DNA from: an uncultured Desulfarculus sp.
GTDB taxonomy: Bacteria; Desulfobacterota; Desulfarculia; Desulfarculales; Desulfarculaceae
Reading direction: 5' to 3'
Assembly: GCA_963665125.2 (NCBI GenBank)
Contig: CAXXUK010000002.1
Coordinates: 1,240,131 to 1,304,130 of the forward strand
Length of the DNA stretch: 64,000 bases
Shown: in pieces, positions 30,408 to 39,483 of the stretch
Numbering within the stretch: position 1 is the stretch's first letter
Layout of the letters: each line of letters starts with the position of its first letter
Notes under the pieces: generated by a model
What the model was told of the DNA's origin: nothing
The model's database searches: none
The model's input: the letters and a program-made list of their open reading frames with translations, nothing else
Program-made: the position numbers and the translations under genes

Positions 30408-33209
30408 ATGATCAAAGCCAAATCCGAAATTCCCAAATGGAAGGTCGTCCTGTCGTCCGTGCTGATGCTGGGAATGACCTTTCATTCCTGCTTTATGAGC
30501 GGCCCAGGCCAAGGTGGCCCCATCAAGCAGACCGTATCGATCCAAAAAGCCGAAGCGGTGGCCCCGGCCGTGTGGCTGTTGGTTAGCATATTCGCCGCCG
30601 ATGCCACCGCCGTGGCGACAACCGGCAAGAGCATCATCATCGGGCCGATCCTCAAGACGAGCTTCAACAACGTCATCGGCCCGGCCCTCAATGGTTTCCT
30701 GTCCTCGGTGGCCTACGTGGAATACGTGACCATCAAACTACTGAACATGGGCTACACCTATTTTTACGACAAGATGTTCGACGTGCCACCGGAGGTTAAA
30801 ACCATCTGGCAGAAGATGCGCGACTTCGTCAATATCTGCGCCGTGGTCGTGTTCATTTTTCTGGTGTTGGCTATCCTCTTCGGCTTCAAGCCGAACACAT
30901 ATTCCATCAAAACGGCCTTGCCAAGGGCGCTGCTGGCCCTTGTTGCGGTGAACCTCTCTTATGTCATCGCCATATTTGTGATGGACAACGCCCGCCTGGT
31001 CACCGACATCATCGGCGGGCTGTTCGACTTCAAAGACGTCACCGACTTTCAGTTCGTGGAGTTCTCCCGCTTTCTGCAAGTGAATCCGGATTCGGTCCGA
31101 GATCAATTCACCCTCACCGTACAGATCATCCTCTGCGGAATATTCATGTTCATGATGATTCTGCCGCTGTTCGCCATCACCGCCGCCCTGGTCATGGCCA
31201 CGGTGATGATTTGGTTGCTGCTGGCCGTTTCGCCTCTGGCTTACCTTGGCCTGATGGTGCCCGGCCAGGACCAGATCTGGCGCTATTGGTGGAAATCGTT
31301 CATCACCCTGTTGCTGATTCCCATCAAGATCACCTTCATTCTGGGCATGGTTTTCATGGTCCAGAAGGCCTTTGTCTTCGGCTCGCTGGAAGGCATGGTC
31401 ACCGAGGTCAGCAGCACCACCGAGCTGAACCAGAACGGCCTGGCCGCCGTGTTCGAGGAGGTGCTCAAGTATCTGCCGTTTTTCCAGGAGGCCAACTATG
31501 AGCAGGTCAACGCCAGCGTGCGCTTCGAGGGTCTGCTGATGTATGTCCTGGTGACCATGGGGCTGTGGGTCGCCGTGCGCAAGGCCCTGGACAATAGCCT
31601 CACCGGCCGGATTCTGGATTTCGCCGAGCGGGGCGGCAAGTTCCTGAGTCGCCAGGTGGGACGGGCCACAGGAGCCGTCGGCGCTGCACCCGTCTATTCG
31701 ATTCGGAGCGCCTGGAAGGCTGGCAAAGCAGGCCTGGAACGCCGCAAGGAGCGCAAGCATTTTGGCCGTTTGGCCGTGAACACCCGCAGCAAGGCCATGG
31801 ACCTGATAACCAATGCTGCCGATCACCGCCGTATGGCCGGAGCGGCCGCCACGGACTCGGAGCGCCAAAGCCACATGCAGCAGGCCTTGGAGATGGAGGC
31901 CAAAGCGGATCACCTTAACAGCGATGTGCGCCACTACGACAATCTGAGCCAGAGCACCTTCCGCAAGCGCGGCAATCTGAGAGCGTTCCGCTCGGAGCAG
32001 GAGAGCGTGGAAGAGCGGATCAAGGAGGTAAAAGAGCGCATGGCCAGGGGCGACAGCGTGGACAAGGACCGCGAGCTTGATTTCAACACCCAGCTTCGTC
32101 TGCTGGAAAACCGCAAGGCCGAACTGGCCCAGCACGACGAGGCGGGCAAGGAGACCCGCAAGGGCAGGCTGGGCGGAGCCACTCGCTTTGCCTCCGACTT
32201 TGCCGGGGAGACCGTGGGCGCTTACCTCAAGTCGGGCAGCGCCCTGGAGGCAGGCAAGAAGATTTTGATGCAGGCCAAAGGCAACCGGGAGTGGGCCAAG
32301 GATCAGGAAGCGACCGAGATCGCCCACAACGTGGCCAAGGCAATCACCTGGCTCAACACCAAGTCGCCCACTTTGGGCGGCATCGTGGGCAAGACCGGCG
32401 CTGACGACTCTATCGAAGGCGCGTTGAATCGCGAGGTGGATGCAAAGCACAAGGATGCGGTCAAGAGCAAATACGCTGACGTGCTGGAGCACGGCACCAC
32501 CGGCGAGCTGATGAGCGGGCTAGAGTCCATCAAGAAGAGCGACCGCCTGTCCCAGGTGGCCCGCGAGACGTTCATCTCCGCGCTGATCCAGAAGGCCGAG
32601 TTCATGTCCTTTGACGAGGCCAGGCGCTTCCAGAAGATCATCAACAGTGCGCATGACAAGGCCATAAAGGGCCTGGACAAGAAGGTCCGGCCGGAGTTTG
32701 AAAAATCCTTCAAGGACATGGCCGGGATCATGCGCTCCAAGTCGCCGTTTTTCATCAACGCCCGCATCACCGACACCGGCTTCCACGGCTTTGCCGAGGG
32801 CGACGCCGCGTACAACCTCTCGAAAATCACCATGAACCTGGCCAAGAATCCGTCGTTCCCCGAGCTGATGAATTTCCTCAAAAACGAGCTGGAGCAAGGC
32901 CGAAAGGTCTACAAGGGCAACTTCTCCAGCACCATCTACAACAATTTCAACGACAGGCAGCAGGCCGCGTACTTCGAGATTCCCGATGACTCCCTGACAA
33001 ATATGAAATCCTTTGTGGAGGCCTTCATCGCTGGGCAGGATGTAACCGTGCAGCAGGCCTTCCAGGACCTCAAGGATGAGATCGAGCATAAGGAGGCCGA
33101 CCGCGCGGCGGCAGACGCGGCAGACACCCGCACCATCGACCGCCTGGACCGCGAAATCACCACCCTGCAAAAGCAGCTGGCCAAGTTCCTGGAAAAGCTA
33201 TCCATCTAA
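30408..33209 (+). CDS. Large VirB6/TrbL-like membrane protein with long cytoplasmic tail
   Basis: WQKMRDFVN, LPRALLALVAVNLSY, WLLLAVSPLAYL..PG..W.YWW; multiple TMs followed by a charged C-terminus. Confidence 0.65.
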   Translation: MIKAKSEIPKWKVVLSSVLMLGMTFHSCFMSGPGQGGPIKQTVSIQKAEAVAPAVWLLVSIFAADATAVATTGKSIIIGPILKTSFNNVIGPALNGFLSSVAYVEYVTIKLLNMGYTYFYDKMFDVPPEVKTIWQKMRDFVNICAVVVFIFLVLAILFGFKPNTYSIKTALPRALLALVAVNLSYVIAIFVMDNARLVTDIIGGLFDFKDVTDFQFVEFSRFLQVNPDSVRDQFTLTVQIILCGIFMFMMILPLFAITAALVMATVMIWLLLAVSPLAYLGLMVPGQDQIWRYWWKSFITLLLIPIKITFILGMVFMVQKAFVFGSLEGMVTEVSSTTELNQNGLAAVFEEVLKYLPFFQEANYEQVNASVRFEGLLMYVLVTMGLWVAVRKALDNSLTGRILDFAERGGKFLSRQVGRATGAVGAAPVYSIRSAWKAGKAGLERRKERKHFGRLAVNTRSKAMDLITNAADHRRMAGAAATDSERQSHMQQALEMEAKADHLNSDVRHYDNLSQSTFRKRGNLRAFRSEQESVEERIKEVKERMARGDSVDKDRELDFNTQLRLLENRKAELAQHDEAGKETRKGRLGGATRFASDFAGETVGAYLKSGSALEAGKKILMQAKGNREWAKDQEATEIAHNVAKAITWLNTKSPTLGGIVGKTGADDSIEGALNREVDAKHKDAVKSKYADVLEHGTTGELMSGLESIKKSDRLSQVARETFISALIQKAEFMSFDEARRFQKIINSAHDKAIKGLDKKVRPEFEKSFKDMAGIMRSKSPFFINARITDTGFHGFAEGDAAYNLSKITMNLAKNPSFPELMNFLKNELEQGRKVYKGNFSSTIYNNFNDRQQAAYFEIPDDSLTNMKSFVEAFIAGQDVTVQQAFQDLKDEIEHKEADRAAADAADTRTIDRLDREITTLQKQLAKFLEKLSI

Positions 33210-33218
33210 GCCAAAGCA

Positions 33219-33785
33219 ATGCCCAAGCCCAAACAGCCTAAAAAGACCGAAGCCAAGCACCAGGCCAGCGACCCCAGGGTCGCTCCCGAGGAGTTGCAGA
33301 AGCCCTTGCCGACCTTCAGCGCCACCCCGCATAAAGCAAAGCCGTCAGGGGCAGCCCGGACGCCCCAGACAAAGCCAGAATCCTCGGACCCGTTTCCCCC
33401 TTCATTCGTTTCCCGGCTGGAGGCCCAGACGGACAGGCGGGCGCGACAGGCCGGGGTGAGCGCCCCCCAGGGCCTGAGCAACCGGGAGCAGTGGCAATGG
33501 CGGGGCCGCAGCGAAAAGGCGGGCCTTGTGCTCCCCGGCCGCCAGTCCGACCGCGACCGGCAGACACAGCAATCCACAATCTCTCACGCTCTTGGCCAAG
33601 CCGGATCAATGGCTCTGAAAGCGCCCCTGACCCTGGGAATGGAGGCCGTAAAAGGCACCGGCCGCATGGCCCTGGACGCGGCCAAGGCCCTGACCCTGGC
33701 CGTGCGTGCGCCAATGCTGGTCTTTGTCCTGATCTTCGTCATCTGCATCGGCCTGGTGATCGGCCTGACCATGCCCAAGACCTAA
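33219..33785 (+). CDS. Pro/Gln-rich protein with C-terminal TM
   Basis: 9 bp after the previous stop; disordered N-terminus, hydrophobic tail. Confidence 0.6.
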   Translation: MPKPKQPKKTEAKHQASDPRVAPEELQKPLPTFSATPHKAKPSGAARTPQTKPESSDPFPPSFVSRLEAQTDRRARQAGVSAPQGLSNREQWQWRGRSEKAGLVLPGRQSDRDRQTQQSTISHALGQAGSMALKAPLTLGMEAVKGTGRMALDAAKALTLAVRAPMLVFVLIFVICIGLVIGLTMPKT

Positions 33786-33801
33786 AATTAACTTAAACTA
33801 T

Positions 33802-34308
33802 ATGACACAGACCCAAAACTTGATTCATGCCCAGGAGGAGGTGCTGCTGGCCTGGGAAGCGGCCCAGTGGGCCGAGCATCACAGGGGCAAAACTTGGTGG
33901 GTCGTGGCCGGCACCCTGGTCATGGCGGCCATCATCTTTGCCTTGATTTACGATGCCTGGAGCGCGGCGCTGGCCTTCGCCATGCTTGCGGCCACCTATT
34001 ATCTGCTGTCCCACGAAAAACCCGAGACCCAGGAGATCGTCATCACCGACTTCGCCATCCACATCGATGAAGAGTTCTGGCAATATTCTCAAATCCGCCA
34101 TTTCTGGATCATCTATCACCCGTCAAGCCCGCAAATGAACGCGCTCCAGTTCGAGATTAAACAGGGCCATTTTACCAAGGTGAAGAATGTCCTGCTGGAG
34201 GACATGAGCCCGGTTAAGGTCCGGGACGTGCTCGCCCGGCAGATACCCGAGGCCGAGGGCAGGGAAGAGCGCGGGATGGATTTTTGGGCCAGGGTGCTGA
34301 AGATCTAG
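33802..34308 (+). CDS. Two-TM + PH-like domain protein (DUF5673-like, CPR-type)
   Basis: LAWEAAQWAEHHRGKTWW, 2 TM, I.D..I.ID...Y..IRHFWI. Confidence 0.65.
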   Translation: MTQTQNLIHAQEEVLLAWEAAQWAEHHRGKTWWVVAGTLVMAAIIFALIYDAWSAALAFAMLAATYYLLSHEKPETQEIVITDFAIHIDEEFWQYSQIRHFWIIYHPSSPQMNALQFEIKQGHFTKVKNVLLEDMSPVKVRDVLARQIPEAEGREERGMDFWARVLKI

Positions 34309-34419
34309 CAGTGAATCCGAAGTTTTTCGGAAAAGCGCTTGGAAAATAGGGGGTTCGAAGTGTCTTTAATCCCTTGGAGGGATGTAAAATTCCCCGTAGC
34401 TTGCTGCGGGGTAGTTCAT

Positions 34420-34761
34420 TTAACTTGATGATTCAAGGATTTTTTGCAGACCCTTTTTAAGCTCGGGCAAGTCTTTTATGGCCGTTTCCCAAAGCACCGC
34501 CATGGTTATCCTCAAGTAGTCATGAACAAGGCGGTTGCGCATGCCGATGATCTTGTGCCAAGCAACCTCTGAACGTTCTTCCTTGAACTCGTCGGAAAGC
34601 CTTGCGGCTGCTTCTCCAATTACCAAAAAACGTCGAATCACAGCATCCTGAGCCATTACCGACTCAGCAAACTGCGCCTCGGTCATACCCTGCAAATGGC
34701 TCTCAATGGCAGAGATGCTTTCGAGGATATCATCTATATATAATAGCTGGTTACGGCTCAT
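34420..34761 (-). CDS. hepT: HepT-like HEPN ribonuclease toxin (DUF86)
   Basis: IGEAA, W..I.GMRNRLVHDY (RX4HXY). Confidence 0.9.
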   Translation of the reverse strand: MSRNQLLYIDDILESISAIESHLQGMTEAQFAESVMAQDAVIRRFLVIGEAAARLSDEFKEERSEVAWHKIIGMRNRLVHDYLRITMAVLWETAIKDLPELKKGLQKILESSS

Positions 34762-35081
34762 AGGACCGGAACTTGTTGGCTGAGAACCTGCTCGCGGATT
34801 CGCGGCTTGAGACTCTCGAAAAAGCCCAGATCAATCTTGCAACCCAACTCGGTGCTGAGTTCATCTTCAAGATCCTGAAGGTCAAACATGGATTTGCGGT
34901 TCGGGCCAAAGTCGATGAGAATATCCAGATCGCTGCCCGGTCGCGCTTCGCCTCTGGCCATGGAACCGAAAATGGAAGCGCGCACCACCCCATGACGACG
35001 CAGAATCGGTTCAATCCTGGACTTTATACTCTCCAGGTTTAGCTGGCGTTCGGGGCTGCTTTGATACTGTGGCGTTTCCAT
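34758..35081 (-). CDS. mntA: MntA-like minimal nucleotidyltransferase antitoxin
   Basis: FGSMARGEARPGSDLD (GSX10DXD); overlaps the toxin start. Confidence 0.9.
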   Translation of the reverse strand: METPQYQSSPERQLNLESIKSRIEPILRRHGVVRASIFGSMARGEARPGSDLDILIDFGPNRKSMFDLQDLEDELSTELGCKIDLGFFESLKPRIREQVLSQQVPVL

Positions 35082-35240
35082 TGACAATCCTAATAATTGA
35101 ACACACGAGTAGTGTAGCAGATTGTGATTATTACACAAAGCCTTTCGAATAGTGTTCAAACGCCTATAGTGCCCTGGCGGTGAGATTCTTGGGAAACATT
35201 TCACAAGTTTGACGCTCAATCGCCCCCCTTTTCCTTGGAT

Positions 35241-35432
35241 TCAGGACGCGCACTCGCTGGCGGCGTTTTTAAGCATCTTGGCGAACTCGGTGAGCGTCTC
35301 GGGATCGGCCGCAAAGGTCAGGGTCATCAATTGGTCGGTGTCGCTGATCTGGACGTTCACGAACGGCTTTTGCAAGTCGCGCTCGATCTCGACACGGAAG
35401 ATGAAGCCACCGGCCTCCAGGTTTTTTTCCAT
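35241..35432 (-). CDS. Small hypothetical protein
   Basis: 63 aa acidic ORF with the same AT-rich start context as its neighbours. Confidence 0.5.
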   Translation of the reverse strand: MEKNLEAGGFIFRVEIERDLQKPFVNVQISDTDQLMTLTFAADPETLTEFAKMLKNAASECAS

Positions 35433-35968
35433 TTTAATGGATTAAAAATAGACGTACACAAAGCGGGCAACCCGCCTGGGTTACCTTCGCGACGGATAAC
35501 ATCGGAAGCAAGCGGGAAGCCCGCCCTGTGTCGATGTTATCCGGAGATTGACGCACGAATAAAGGTAACCGGTATTCATTAAAGCGGATGCGGAAAAACT
35601 GTCAAGGTGAATTGATGGGGCAAATTTATTTGGGCCGCGCTGCGTCCCTTTTTGTTTCCTTCGATGGAGTAATGGGTCCCCACATCTTACCAGGTAAGGA
35701 TTGGCGACCGCTTCGGCTTTTTGGGGGAACCGCTGCGCTCTCCCTGATCCAAAAAGCCGGTCTCTGTCAAGCCGCGCTTTGCGGGCTGTGACAGCCGCCA
35801 ATCCACCTGGCGTAGGGGGATTACACCCAGAAGCACGAGGTGCTTCTGGGCTTTTAAACCTTTTACCAATCAACATGAAGAACAAAGACCCACCAACGGA
35901 AAAGGCGAGCACAAGGCCCGCCTGATCCCAGACAAAACCATTTTAGCAAATATTCTTAACTCATCAAA

Positions 35969-36658
35969 ATGAAAGTATATTTACACACAGAATCTCAAAT
36001 ATTGGATTTGAAACAATGCCCCGAAACCGGTCGCGGCATTTTAGTCATCGATGCTCACGATATCATTGATGGCAACAGCTATCCTACAGAGGTTAAATGC
36101 GACTACGAGATCACCGAACGCGAATTGCTAGCAAATCTTGGGAGCCGCGAAGAGTGGAGTGATTATTATTCTCTTAGCGTATACAGCGACAGTGCAGGCA
36201 ACCTCAGTTGCATTGATTTCGATGACCGATTCAAGCGCGGCTCAGGGGCCGTGCCGAAGATGATCGTGGGCGGCAAGCCGGGAGTAATGATCAAGGATTT
36301 GGTGCGGCACATGAAGCGTAAAACCCATGCGGCGATGATCGGTGTGGAAAACGAAAAACCCGACATTGTCATGGGCTGCAAGGTTGATTTTGAAGCCCTC
36401 AAGCTGCTTGACTTCCGCAGGCTGTCCAAAGAGGTGCTACGCGAAAACGGATTGTCCGAAATGACCGAATCCTCATTCAAGACGCTGTATCCACGCTTTC
36501 GCAAGGTCTACAAGGCCACCGTGGACGAGGTTTGGGCCGCCTTCCAAAGGAGCCTTCTGGTGGAGGAGAAAGAGAGACTTTTGCCGCCGAAGCCGGAACC
36601 AAAGCCGGATAGCATGTGGTCTGAGTTCCGGCGCTTCCTGGGTTTCGGTCGAGTTTAG
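35969..36658 (+). CDS. Hypothetical protein
   Basis: 229 aa, C-terminal amphipathic WSEFRRFLG; hairpin follows. Confidence 0.7.
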   Translation: MKVYLHTESQILDLKQCPETGRGILVIDAHDIIDGNSYPTEVKCDYEITERELLANLGSREEWSDYYSLSVYSDSAGNLSCIDFDDRFKRGSGAVPKMIVGGKPGVMIKDLVRHMKRKTHAAMIGVENEKPDIVMGCKVDFEALKLLDFRRLSKEVLRENGLSEMTESSFKTLYPRFRKVYKATVDEVWAAFQRSLLVEEKERLLPPKPEPKPDSMWSEFRRFLGFGRV

Positions 36659-36664
36659 AATCTA

Positions 36665-36694
36665 CCGCCCGCCCGGAGCGGCAATCCGGGCTTT
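36665..36694 (+). repeat. 30-bp intergenic hairpin repeat, copy 1
   Basis: ccgcccgcccggagcggcaatccgggcttt; one mismatch to 38792-38821. Confidence 0.8.
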
Positions 36695-36717
36695 CTTAAA
36701 TATTCTTTCCCTATAAA

Positions 36718-37617
36718 ATGAACTACACTTATCAAGTCCGCGAGGTATACCCGGCCCAGGAATTACGCCTGAATCGCAAAGACCGCCGCGACTGGAACCG
36801 CCGCGCAAACAGCATGTACAGCCGCAAGGCAATGCTGGAGCGCTTCACCGGAAACGGCGGCCTGCACTCCATCAAGCGCGCCGATTTCAAGAGCTTTGGC
36901 GCATACTCCCGCGCCAAGCAGCGCCTGGAAAAGGGCCAGTTCTTCACGCCGCTGCCCCTCTGCCGGGCCGTGGTGGAGATGCTCGAGATCGAGCCCGGCT
37001 CCACAGTGGCCGACATCTGCTGCGGCAAGGGCTCGTTCTTCAACTACCTGGACGGCTGTCGGGTGCAGGGTGTGGAGGTGGACGCTGCGGCGGCCAGGGT
37101 CGCCCTCAGGCTCTTTCCAAAGGCGGCCATCCAGTGGGCCGACATGCGCCGCATGAAGCCCCTGGAGCCCTGCGACTACATCGTGGGCAATCCGCCGTAC
37201 AATCTGGAGCTGAGTGCGCCCGGTCATCCCTTGGCCAACACCAACGGCAAAGTCATCTCCCAAGCGCTTTACCTGGAAAGGTGCTTTGAGTCGCTCAAAT
37301 CCGGCGGCCTGCTGGCCATGGTCGCCCCGCATTTCAATAGGCCCTCGCGCTACCTCAAGGCTGACTGGAACAAGCTGGCCGCCTATGTGCGGGAGCGCTT
37401 CGACACCGTGGCCGTGGTGGAGCTTCCTCGCAACGCCTTCGAGCACCTTGGGGTGCGCGACTTCCCCACCAAGATCGTGGTCTATCGCAAGAAGGGCGGC
37501 CGCGCGCAGTGGATCGGAGACGCCTCCAGGCACGCCTTTACAGACAACGCAGAGTTGCTGAGGGCATGGCGCGGCTCCCCGCAATACGCGCAGATGAAAG
37601 AGGCGAAGCGCGGATAA
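36718..37617 (+). CDS. Orphan N6-adenine DNA methyltransferase
   Basis: GQFFTP, DICCGKG, GNPPY. Confidence 0.88.
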   Translation: MNYTYQVREVYPAQELRLNRKDRRDWNRRANSMYSRKAMLERFTGNGGLHSIKRADFKSFGAYSRAKQRLEKGQFFTPLPLCRAVVEMLEIEPGSTVADICCGKGSFFNYLDGCRVQGVEVDAAAARVALRLFPKAAIQWADMRRMKPLEPCDYIVGNPPYNLELSAPGHPLANTNGKVISQALYLERCFESLKSGGLLAMVAPHFNRPSRYLKADWNKLAAYVRERFDTVAVVELPRNAFEHLGVRDFPTKIVVYRKKGGRAQWIGDASRHAFTDNAELLRAWRGSPQYAQMKEAKRG

Positions 37618-37687
37618 GACCACCCACCCCGGCCGGGAGGGTCAAATCCCGGCAATGTGCTATAATATTTACACTTTACAACTCAAA

Positions 37688-38071
37688 ATGATTTCCAAAA
37701 TCCTGACCTCGCTTCCCGATGCGCTCAAAGACCGTTTGTTCCCCACCATCGCCACCAAAAAGGTGAATGGCAAATTTATGTTCGCCTTTCACAGGCCTGG
37801 TGGCGTTTGGCGCTTGTTCGATTCTTTCAGCAGCCTGCAAAAGTATTTGCGTGACGATGAAAAAACATGGTGCTTTGAGGCAGAGACCGAGGAAGAACTT
37901 GAAAAGTACGAACCTCACGATTTTGCGCGGGAGGCGGCATGCGGCTGGCTTGCCTGGAACAGGCAACGTGAGGCCGCCGAAGACCTGCGCGATCCCAAGA
38001 ACCTTGCCGATCTGCATTCCCTGAAAGAAGAAGCCAAAACCATCATCCGCCGGTTGGCCCGCGAGGCCTGA
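37688..38071 (+). CDS. Hypothetical protein
   Basis: Preceded by extended -10 tgctataat. Confidence 0.6.
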   Translation: MISKILTSLPDALKDRLFPTIATKKVNGKFMFAFHRPGGVWRLFDSFSSLQKYLRDDEKTWCFEAETEEELEKYEPHDFAREAACGWLAWNRQREAAEDLRDPKNLADLHSLKEEAKTIIRRLAREA

Positions 38072-38102
38072 TACGTGATTTAAATATTATTAACCAGCCA
38101 CA

Positions 38103-38324
38103 ATGCTCACCGAAAAAGATTACGCTCTCGATCCCGAGGAAATCACCACCAGCGAAGCCAAACAGAAACTCAATTTGTTTTTCATCGCCGCTCTGGATGG
38201 AGAAGACAAGGCCAGGGAAAAGTTCTTCGAGTTTGCCGGTTACCTGTCAGAGCACCGTCTGATCGATTTCGATGAAGTCGGTGCCATCAACCTGATGTAT
38301 TTAAGGCTTCAGGAAAACGACTGA
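38103..38324 (+). CDS. Small acidic hypothetical protein
   Basis: 73 aa; terminator hairpin at 38337-38366. Confidence 0.6.
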   Translation: MLTEKDYALDPEEITTSEAKQKLNLFFIAALDGEDKAREKFFEFAGYLSEHRLIDFDEVGAINLMYLRLQEND

Positions 38325-38479
38325 TCATTGCACGGTAAGGCCCGTCCTATCTCGGGGCGGGCTTTTAATAAATTCTTAATAAATTCAGCATATAAAGCGC
38401 CTTGACGGGAAATGCCCATCGGGTATTATGCCTCCCCTTGTCCAAACCGAAACCCAAACAAAATCAAGAGGAGGCATTG

Positions 38480-38785
38480 ATGAAGCTCTTGACCCAGGCG
38501 CTTTTGCAGAGGTTTGCCCAAATCGGCCGCCAGGAAGAAGATCCCGATCCGCTGGTAATCTGCAAATTCTTCACACCGGATTCCAACTGGACCTGGTTCG
38601 CCACGGAGTACGATTCCGAAACGCAAAATTTCTTCGGCTACGTGATGGGCTTCGAGAAAGAATGGGGCTACTTCAATCTCGACGAGATGGAGAGCGTCCG
38701 GGGGCCGCTGGGCCTGCCCATCGAGCGCGATCTCTACTTCCCGGAGTGCCGCTTGTCGGCGCTCAAGGAGAAGCTGGGGCTCTGA
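38480..38785 (+). CDS. DUF2958-family protein
   Basis: KFFTPDSNWTWFATE, FFGYV.G.E.EWGYF.L.E, IERDLYF. Confidence 0.85.
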   Translation: MKLLTQALLQRFAQIGRQEEDPDPLVICKFFTPDSNWTWFATEYDSETQNFFGYVMGFEKEWGYFNLDEMESVRGPLGLPIERDLYFPECRLSALKEKLGL

Positions 38786-38791
38786 TCCCCG

Positions 38792-38821
38792 CCGCCCGCC
38801 CGGAGCGGAAATCCGGGCTTT
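38792..38821 (+). repeat. 30-bp intergenic hairpin repeat, copy 2 (terminator-like)
   Basis: ccgcccgcccggagcggaaatccgggcttt + T-run. Confidence 0.8.
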
Positions 38822-38880
38822 TTTGAATGATTTATTCAAAAGGTGGGTAAATTTGACATGATTTATTCATTTGCTAGAAT
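38821..38880 (+). promoter_or_regulatory. TA promoter with operators
   Basis: ttgaca(38853)-16 bp-tagaat(38875) with TG extension; atgatttattca twice. Confidence 0.7.
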
Positions 38881-38923
38881 AAAGGATGAAAAGAGGAAAA
38901 TCGTCCATTTTTAACCCAACACC

Positions 38924-39223
38924 ATGAAGCGTCACATCTTTGATTCAGGGAGGAGCCTGGACATGACCCTGGCCATGATCAGGAAGAAGAACATCGTCAC
39001 CATTCCCAAGGAGTTTCGGGATATCATCTCCGAGGGCAAGCAGGTGAAGTTCGTGCGCACCGAGCGCGGCCTGGAGATGATCCCCGTGCGGGCTGTCCCG
39101 GAAAAGCTCAACGCCGAAACTCTCAAGGCGTTTGAGGAGGCCGAGGCCGGGATTGGCCTTTCTCGTTCCTTTGATAGCGTGGAGGATTTTCTCGCTGACT
39201 TGAAGAATCCAGACACTGAGTAA
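38924..39223 (+). CDS. Antitoxin (AbrB-like N-terminus, DinJ/RelB-like C-terminus)
   Basis: VTIPKEFR; NAETLKAFEEA..FDSVEDFLADL. Confidence 0.8.
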   Translation: MKRHIFDSGRSLDMTLAMIRKKNIVTIPKEFRDIISEGKQVKFVRTERGLEMIPVRAVPEKLNAETLKAFEEAEAGIGLSRSFDSVEDFLADLKNPDTE

Positions 39224-39483
39224 TGATGCAAGTCACTCGCAGAAAATCCTTTAAAAAAGCCTACCTCAAGCTCAACGCCAAGCAGCGGCAGCGCGTGGAC
39301 GAATCCATTGCGCTTTTCCTTCAAAATCCGGACCATCCATCGCTGCGCCTGCACGAACTGCAACCCAAGGGATGCGGCCGGTACTCCATAAATGTGGGTG
39401 GCGATCTGCGCTGCCTTTTCACTATCGGCGAAGACATCCTGGTATTCGTCGCCCTCGGCACCCACACCCAGCTCTACGGCTAG
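39223..39483 (+). CDS. RelE/YafQ-family mRNA interferase toxin
   Basis: F.KAY.KL, HPSLRLHEL, YSINV.GDLR, GTH.QLYG. Confidence 0.88.
   Translation: MMQVTRRKSFKKAYLKLNAKQRQRVDESIALFLQNPDHPSLRLHELQPKGCGRYSINVGGDLRCLFTIGEDILVFVALGTHTQLYG

Noticed and set aside
30738..32492. 584-aa minus-strand ORF (also 3217-4545, 54574-56370 and similar)
   Set aside because: Antisense shadows of well-supported GC-rich genes; no motifs
36665..38821. Integron attC cassette array
   Set aside because: No RYYYAAC/GTTRRRY ends and no IntI; hairpins are too short
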